Of a DNA stretch of 64,000 nucleotides, positions 43,601 to 53,078 are shown in pieces; position 1 is the first letter of the stretch, and every line of letters starts with the position of its first letter. The notes under the pieces were generated by a model. The model worked only from the letters and a program-made list of their open reading frames with translations. It had not been told where the DNA came from and ran no database searches. A program made the position numbers and the translations under genes. This stretch comes from Phoronis australis (Eukaryota; Animalia; Phoronida), in assembly GCA_002633005.1 (NCBI GenBank), contig NMRA01000053.1, positions 590,151-654,150 on the forward strand, in the 5' to 3' direction.

Positions 43601-46600
43601 AAAATATATCTTACTCAGTATCTTTGATCTTGGGTCACTTAGAATGTTAGTTTTAATGGCTGCACCCACATTTTTGTGGTCAAGAAATCTGAAAATGCAA
43701 CTGAGAAACATAATCAAAACCTCACTTATTAGCAGCCACATTTTCTAAATGCATTCTTCATGTAATCCAACACATATGATCACTATCTTACTTTCTTGTA
43801 TATTTTGTTCGGAGCTTGTTTCCTTCAAGACACTTAAAACTAAACCAGTACCTAAACAACTTATTTACGTTTGAAGAACGTGAAAGTTTGTTTTTTTTGT
43901 AGTGTCAACAGTCTTTCAAAACTTTGAAATCAGTGTATGGATCATTACTATAGCCACCACTGTCATCAGGAACCACATCATCATCACTATTCTGACATTC
44001 AGCACTAAACTGACATACATCTGTGTAAGATAGGTTCTTTGATCGGCAAGAGCATCTTTGGGAAGAGGAATTGTTTTTGCACTGGCATCTAACCATCTCA
44101 ATGATAGCCTCTGGCGCCGGAAGCTCCTCAGTTATGAGTGTTTCAGTTGGTCATCTTTGTCCTTATAAATTCATTCTGCAATGGACCAAGGAGCTCCTGT
44201 CGAGCAATGTCTGCCTGGCCCCACACTCTGGCTTGAATAAACACCCTCAGCACATGTTGTTTCAAAGCACCAATGGTTGGTGGACGTTTGTCGCTGTCAG
44301 CCACATGTTTACAGAAGAGGTACCATCTCAGCTCTGGGATGCTATTTGTGTCTATACCCTGTGGTGAGTATGCACATGTAAATTGGGGCTAATGTGCAAA
44401 GAAGATCACCTGTTACTTCATAAGCAGTACAAAAAGTCTGCTGTACATTGATATCATCGGTGTTTGCCTTCAAAATATATATTCAACCTACAGAATGGAC
44501 CAGTGTTGTCTATCCATGTAAAAGCATGGAAAGCAGGAAGAGCTATTTGCTCGGACAGCACCTAATATTGTGCATATTGGATTCAACTTCACAATCCCAG
44601 ATGCCATGGGGACTGAAGTATTTCTGAGAAGCCTGTCATAATAGGCAATGACGAGTAAGTTGAGCCTTTTTTGGTCATGGGAGAGGAAACGGTTCATTGG
44701 GATGTTCTTTATGTAAGTCTCATGTCTTATCTGGTACAGACTTACTTGACCCATTCTCTGCCTCCTTCTTTCTCTTGTGGCTTGTTTCAAAGAGTTGTCT
44801 TTGTGGGTGTCAAAAACCGGAATGATATCGTCATAATCTCTAGTTAAGAAAATCACTTCCATATTATCCACACGTGCAGTTTTGTGGCTTCGGTGAACAC
44901 ACTCATTGGATGTTGTTTACATGTTTTCTGGGTCTAAAACCACTTTTGCAGCTTGAGGACTGTCCTGTTCTAAGACGTCTGCCTTGGAAAGTTTCTGCTC
45001 AAGGTGGATTCGATTCCATTTGTCTGTGAATGACAGCATTGCCCCACTGGCAGCAAAGATTGCTCTTGGTATTAGGGTGAATTCATAGTGGCTGATTGCA
45101 TGTTTCTGGTCGATTTGCCCAGCAGGCTACAACTTCTGTGGTTCTCGTCATTGATCCTCAGCCTGGTTACTGCTAAGCTTATCTGCCATCCGACTGTCAA
45201 AGGCAAAATGCATTTCCACTGAGTAGAGGAGAACTGGATTCCAAAGTGAACAGTGGAAATAATACCGAAATCTTCAAAAGATATGTCTCAAATGTCTTTT
45301 CAAAAAGATATAGATATACGCTGTTAATATACATGTAGGTTAATCTGCGATTCTGTGATTTCTTTAAATATTCTTGGGGTTCGTATCTGCTATTAAAATC
45401 ATTTAGATTATATGTACCATTTTAGAAATTTTTTTCAATTCCTAAAACTAACGTTCTAAGTGACCCAAAAGCAGAAATACTGAGCAAAATGTATTTTACG
45501 GGCGCCATTTGTGAAATTTTAAGATGGCCACCAAGATGGCCGCCAATAAAATTAAAATTTCCAATTCATTGACTTCAAAGCTGCAGGTGTAGCCATAAAA
45601 ACCAACATTCTAAGTGACCCAAAAGCGGATAAATTAGGCAAAATCCATTTTGCCTGTGCCATTTTTGAAAATCCACGATGGCCACCTAAAATAGAATCAA
45701 TTATTTTCTGATTCGTTTCCAAAAATGTATAGTTTCCACTTTCCCCAAAAAATTCCAACGATTGTCAAAATTTGGACATAGTAAACCTGACTATACAACC
45801 CATCTACAGATATTCAAAAGTCAATTTCAAAAAAGAATGCGTTTAGTAAGAATTTTAATTTGAAAAAAATAACATCAGCTAATATGTTAGCCACCAGAAC
45901 AACCAATGAGATGCCAGGAAAATAATGTATCTTTACCTTTCCCATTCCCAAGATGTCTGCTTCATGAAAACATTCGAGGACAGCCAGCAGATCCTATCCT
46001 GCTGGCTTGACTAACTTGTTTACAGTTACTGTTAACACTGAAAAGTATTAATTCTTGGATGGGTCTGCAAGTAATGGGCAGTTATCAAGGGCCAAGACTC
46101 ATACACGTAAACCAGCAGGCAGCAGTTAGGAATTGAGGAAATCCAAGTCAAAAGGCAAGTGTCAAACTCAAAGTCTCATCATAGCCTACTGATACAATTC
46201 TTGGTATGTTCCTGAATCATTTGTGCTTCCGCAAGTAGCAGTTTTGAGCCAGCTAGGACACTGCTGAAACCATGAACTATTGAATGATTGTGCGACTTCA
46301 CAATAGACTGGCAAGATGTCTGCCCCTTGTTGCATTCATGTCTCAGATTCTGCTAAAAATTCTGAGCTCCCGGAATTTTTGGATATTACGTAGTCTAAGG
46401 CTACTGCAAAAATGGATCAACACTGAGTGGAAGTGAACTATCATTGCTGAGAAGTTTCTAAGTTTTTTTTGAAAAAACAGAGCTCTTCAATCACAAGCAG
46501 CGTTACAGATACTTTGCGGATGCAACAAAAATTGAAATAGCTATTAAAAAAGAAAAAAAAACCAAGCTGGTGAAGGAAGCAATGTTGAGCCTACTAGAAA

Positions 46601-49600
46601 ATTAAGGGTATTGTCACTGTCATTTCCATTTAACAGTGCTCAAAGAAATGTATATGTGTGGCCACCACAATGTTTCATTTGTCACAAATCAAAGCCTATC
46701 ACAGAGAATTTCACAAACAAAAAAACTTGAAAACCTACCCCTGTTTCAAACACTCACCTGTAAATAGGCCTACCTATTCTCGATTCGAAAAACTCATTTA
46801 TGGTAAACAATCTTTAGTTTAGGCTAGAGAAAAAAGAATTATTTGTCTTGAAAAATTTGCAGTATTAGCCGTCCCAATGTCAAAGGTACTGGCAGTAGTT
46901 TTTACCTTCATGTGAGTGATCAGCACTGCTTTTTATGTATAGTAATTCATTATCTTGAAAATTCAAATGTTGCTCCGATTTCAGGGTCTCGCATTTTGAA
47001 GATTCTTAAATAGAGAATTTTTAGCGTTCGGAAATTTTTTTACTCTTAAATTCATGTGCTATCTAAAACGGGAAGCATCAAAAGAATTAGCTCTGCGGTA
47101 AATAAGATGCTTTCCAATTTCACACAGAAACTATTGCCAAAATGACCATTCCTCTATTTTCAAAGGCTGAACTACAATTTTGGGATGATATTTTTTTTCC
47201 ATGTCTTAAATTGTTCAAAGGCAACTGTACTGTGCAATCAATGCTAGTAATGATGCTCATTTCTCTTAATGCTTACTTTTGCTGAGAACTAACAAAATCA
47301 AATTTCACTCGTTGGCCGTACTGTGTGCTAAAGGGAAAAGCATTTTGGTTATCTGTTTCAGTAAAAGTATCATTGTAACAAGGCTGTAGTGTTTAGATGA
47401 AACGATATTCAGGGTCACAAAATTTTTCTATTCCGGGTAGGGTGCAGGCTTGCAGAGGTATTTTTTAAACTTTGTCATTTAAGTCGGGCTCAACATTATT
47501 TTGTGTTTCCTGGTCAACTCATGGAAGGCATTGAACCTTTTGTATGCAAGCTGTATTGCGACTCATCAAAAGTTAACAAAGCACGCTACTACATATTCAG
47601 GTTGAAATCTATGATGGAGTCATTTCTGCCTCCTAATCGTGATTGTTTGCTGTTACAAGCCAAAAGATCAAACTACCACCATGCCCTTCACAAATAAGCC
47701 TTGCAACAGCACGTCAGTGCACCATCTCCAGCTGGTAATGGGTGGCTGTTGGCGTTTGTTAGTCTGAAGTTGCACTGGATAACTCTGCCTTTAGCCCCAG
47801 AAAATGTCATGAAAAATTTTAATTACAAGTGTAAAATGAGAGGTTGTAGTACAAAAATTTGCTCCTGTTTGCCATGTTATAGGATGTGTGGCTCTAGAGA
47901 TTGTGTAAACATAGTGTCTCAAGAAACAACTTTTAATGACAATAAACGACGATGGAGTGAATAAAGAAACATAATAAGTTTGTGCTGTTATCAAAGAACA
48001 TTAAATCTGTAGCCAAATGGAAAATATTGACAACATTTTATCATGCTCATGGCTGTCTGGACTGCACGGTGTATCGTTCCCTGTGACAGTAGACAGTGAA
48101 TTGCAGTGTGGATAATGATAATTAATTGCGACAATTAATGTAAGTGGTGAAAGTGAACTTATTGCAAAAACGTTGGAAATGTATGTTGTTCATACAGTAT
48201 TTTTGTTGTGATATCAAATCTCCAAATGGTTAATAGTATTGTTCTTTTGGTAGGACTTAAGAATATATTAGTAAGTTTTCTGGCCTGCAACATGAGGCGC
48301 TGCTAAAATTTTTATTTTTCTCTTTTTGAGCAATTTTCCACGTAATGTCATAATATTTATCACTTTTGTGCCCACTAACTTCAAATGAACAAACCCCACT
48401 GAAATTATCATTCAGTTTTTGGCTAGTGTTGTTGGTTTTTGAAGATTTGTTTTATGTGCCAATTTTTAGATCAAATTTCTCGAAAACGTGCAAGTCAAAC
48501 CTTGGGAACTTTTTAGATTCTTAAAGTATAGTACTCAATGACCTTAAAACACCAAAATTTTCTTGCCCCCAAAAAGTAGCCACGGAAGTGATTTTCAAGG
48601 CCTCCTAGAGTCGAATGGACTATGGCCTATGTGAGTGTGGGGTGCATAAAAAGTATCAGTTCCGAGAACCCTGTGTACTTTTGAAAGCTTCCAAATCCAT
48701 CCATCTTCTCCATCGAAGTAGAAGGACTGTCAATTTGCTTTTGCTTCGAATCAGGCTCGTAAGTTTCTTGCCACGGAGGGTCAGATTCAGCCGCAAAGAT
48801 GGAAATATTGCCATGGTAACTTAAGAAAGTTCAATTACAATCCCTTTTAAAATTCAATCCAGCAATGACGCTGCTTCGGCAGAACAGTTACGCCCATGAC
48901 GGAAGTTGTTTTTGACACCAGAACATGGCTTGTGCAGTGGTCTTAAAACATTAGTTTGTCTCTATCATTCGTTTACTTACTTGCTGTAAATCCTGTCATC
49001 CTCTGTCTTGGAAGTCAAACCAGTACCATCCTGTGATACATAACACAGTTTAGTCAGAAAATGACACCTCTTGCATGTCTTAACTTCAACTCTGTAATAA
49101 CACTTCTGAATGGGTAAGTGACTGCAGCGAGCCGAAAAATGATGCCGCATGTTTTCTGATAAGATAGTTGGTGTTTGAGAATTTGCAACCGTCGCACAGC
49201 AGTTGTTGTGACTAGCATTTCAAATCGGAGGAACTATCTGTTGCAAGGTATGTATATTCCTGTTACGACAACTTTGTTAAAAGTTGTTGAAAGTTCAACA
49301 CTCAACCAAGACACTTGCGAAAAATATAGCGCAAGTCTTTGCAAAATATAGCCATAAATTACACGCAAAGCGTATGGTCGCATTAGGTTTATTCCCAAGT
49401 ATTATCCATCTTCGGACCGCAGCCCAGGCTGAAGTAAAAATTACCAAGTACCGCTTAAGATGAATTCTCACCGTTTTGACGCCCACTTACGTAGTAATTA
49501 GTAGTTATAACGTCACCCCTGTTTGCACTTGGGGGCAGCACAATGTACTCATTGTCGTTTGCTTCGTGTTGTTCTGAAAATTAAATTCCCGATTAGCTTA

Positions 49601-52600
49601 ATAGAAAAATACTGGGTTTCACGCTGTCGAAAATTTTGTTCGTTGATATCCCTTACACCTTATTCCCTTACACTTGTATGTTTGCATTTCCAACCGCTTA
49701 GAACAACTTTAAAGACTATGACTGAATTTCAAAGTAAACTGTGCAAAAATACTCACCGACGTCCTGTGGAAGGTTTGCTATACGTTTTAATTCATTTTTC
49801 AGTTTCCAGATTTCTTCCTTCGCATCATCTTTTTCTCGGATGTGCTGACGTTGCAGATCTTTTATTTCTTTGTCTTTCTTGTCCAAATTTTCATGGTATT
49901 CTGTTTCCTTACGTTCTAGTTCTTTGTTTTTCTTTTCCAAATTTGCATCGTATTCAATTTCTTTGCGTTTGAGTTCCATTTGTAGTTTTTTCTCAATTTC
50001 CATTGGCTCTTCAGCTAACTTCGCGTAATGATCCAGCTTACTTTCTAATTCACTCACTCGCTCTTTAAGATTCTTATTTTCAGCAATAAGCTTATCTCTC
50101 TTACATTGAAATTGCGCGTTTGCTAATTCAACGTTATTTTTATACTGTTTCAGTGCCGCCGCTGTTTTGTCGAGCTGTGCTTCTGAAGAGTTCGCCCTGG
50201 CGATGTGCGACTCCAGCGTTTCTTCAGCCTTTTCCATCCTTTTTCTGTACTCACGTGCAAACGCCTTCTCATCACTGAGTTCTTGTTGTAACTTTGACTT
50301 GCTTTTTTCATGCTCAATCACTTGGTTTTCCAGCTCACGAATACGTGAACTTAAAGCCATCTCTTTCTCAACATGGTTGGAGCAAAGAAGTTCAATTTTT
50401 AAACGCGCTTCGTCCAGCAAACATTGCTTATCTTGCACCAACTTCTCCAGAACAGCGTTTCTATTCTGCCGACGATACTTTCTAACATGTTGCATATTGT
50501 AGGACGATAATTCCAACACGTGTAAAATATTTTGAGTGGAGTAAGCAATCCTCCGCTTTCTAGAAGGCAGGTATTCTGTCGTTTTAACTTTAAGCTTGTA
50601 TTCTGAAAGTGAATATTTGACAGCAGTTTCAATCCTTAGTTCAATTTGAGGTACTTTTTTTGAAACCAATATAAATTTCACATTTTTGCCAGATGTGTCT
50701 CTTTTGAGGCGCTTGTAATATTAGAACTAACACGATGCTCATTCATTTTTGGAGATTTGTAATAGGCATAGGTGAAAATACAAAATAAAAAAAAATGTTG
50801 TAATTGTTAAGTGTCATTGTAACGGGGCTGAAAAATAATTCCAAGGGATGCTAAACCTTATTTTGGGCTCTGAACAGGGTCTGTATTAATGAAATCTTTA
50901 AATGTGAGATGTAGTGAGAGGATATCTAGTGTAAGGGCCAAGATAAGAACAAAATGTCATATCTCCGTTTCAAAATTAGAACCGAAATCGTTCTAAGATG
51001 AGACCAGAAGCCTGTTACAGAGTAAGCTTAAGATTAGACTTCAGGCCTAAATGACCAAAATTTAGGACCAATATTACTGTAACCTGTTGAGGAACAAATT
51101 TAGTTGATATTTTCACAATCTTATGTCCCTAAACAATGTCAAATTGGAGATCGGAGGCTTTCGATTCGAGAACTGGCAAAGGCTGAAGAGACAATGCAGT
51201 GCGACATAGCTTCACACATGAAAGAATACCATACCAGGGTTTTCTCTAGCAAGCGAGATTCCCATTGCGCCCAAAATGTCAATAAAGCCCCATTTGGATT
51301 TTTAAGATCACGGCTATTCTTTAAACCAAAATTTAGCACACCGACTCGCTTAATCTTGTGAATTCGCAACAAGTGGCGGAAGCGTAGTTTATAATCTCAC
51401 TTACTTCAAAAACCGACTTTTAAGTTAAAATTAAAATTAAAATTTCTCTCTAAGTCAAGACCCAACTTAGTATTCATGAAAAGGTCTTTTCTGAAATTTC
51501 GTCTTCGGTCTTAACTTAGTCCGATTCAGTGCAATGGGCCCACATTCGAGGCCTGCGCACGTCTGGTACAACGTGTATCAGACCGCCTCCAATTGTTTTG
51601 TTGTTTAGTCCGATTTTCGGTCTTCACTTAGACAAGTTTTCAATCTTAAGTTTTAAGTCAGTTTTCATGAAACGGAACCCTGGTGAAATCAATAAAAACA
51701 AGTTTTAGTGTCTCAGCGCATCCATGCTTTAAGGAATACTTGAGCACACTGACCCTTATTCATACTCCAAGTTCTTTGACATCATTAATATATATTGATA
51801 ACTCGTAGATAGAGAAATAGCATTCAAGGTATGAATCTCACCTTTCGTAAGCTCGCGACGCATTTTCATGTAATAATCGAAATCCATAGCAGGCTTAACT
51901 ATTGCAGGATTCATCGAAATAAGTTGTTTTTGCTCGTCTGTCATTGCTAGGTCCATCAACCGCCTTAAGAAACCGTCGCGGTAATGTTCGTTATTAAGCA
52001 CAATCCAATATTCGTCCAGTTGACAAACACTGCTAAATTGTAAAGTGAATATGATAGAGCCTTCGCGAAGACTTGTAACTGTTGTTTTCGTGTCTATTAG
52101 GTCAACTTGTTGGGGTTTCCAATCGCGTGTAGAATATTGGACACTTTGACCATCATCCACCGAGACGTGCAGCTCACATTCAATAGCTGAAAAGAAAAAT
52201 ATGCATTGCACTCACTTTTTGGATCGTTTTAGAGGTATGTCACTGTATAGCAAGGGTACCAAGTCATAAAATTATTCACAGAATTATGAATATATAACCT
52301 TAACTTAGACAGAAACAGTAACTGGTAATGCCACATCAAATCGCTGTCGCAGAACTTCAACTTAGGTAGTTTAACCCTAGTAAGACCAAGCTCGTTCAAT
52401 ACAAATTTCGTCCATTTTCGTGTGTATAGTATTACTACATGTACTAATGTCAGCTTGGGCAACGAAGTTCGCGAGCAAACGATATTTGAAATAAATTGAA
52501 ATGTTCAACTATGTTCAACTTACGAAAAATGACGAATGATCGTGAATAAAACTCTAAAATTCAAATTAAAAATGTCCAAAATCACCAAGTGTGCGGGTCT

Positions 52601-52857
52601 TAGCATTCTCTAACATTTATGGTGGAAAAGCTTCTCGGAGTTCCGGCAACATTTTGATCCTCAATTATCGTAACAGAACGCAAGTTAGAGCATCTTTGGG
52701 ATGTCTGTACCTGGTATAAAGAATACGATTAGTTTCCACTGGTTTAATCTAAATTTTATCTGTCTTATTCGCCGAAGTCTGATACACCACATTTAAGTTA
52801 TCTTCGCGAATTTTACAAGTATTTAAAGCAAGTCCTTGAAACGAATTTTGCTTGTGG

Positions 52858-52889
<32 letters not shown>

Positions 52890-53032
52890 ATCGTCACCAC
52901 CACCACCATCACCACCACCACCATCACCATCACCATCACCACCATCACCACCACCAACACCATCACCACCATCACCATCATCATCATCATCATTATCATA
53001 ACCATCACCATCATCATCATCACCATCATCAC

Positions 53033-53078
<46 letters not shown>

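Noticed and set aside
45937-45993. Possible phase 2-2 exon (KICWLSSNVFMKQTSWEWE)
   Set aside because: Good donor but a purine-rich, poor acceptor; it lies among transposon remnants and is not needed for frame.
49523-50502. Plus-strand ORFs overlapping the coiled-coil exon
   Set aside because: Antisense shadows of the minus-strand exon.
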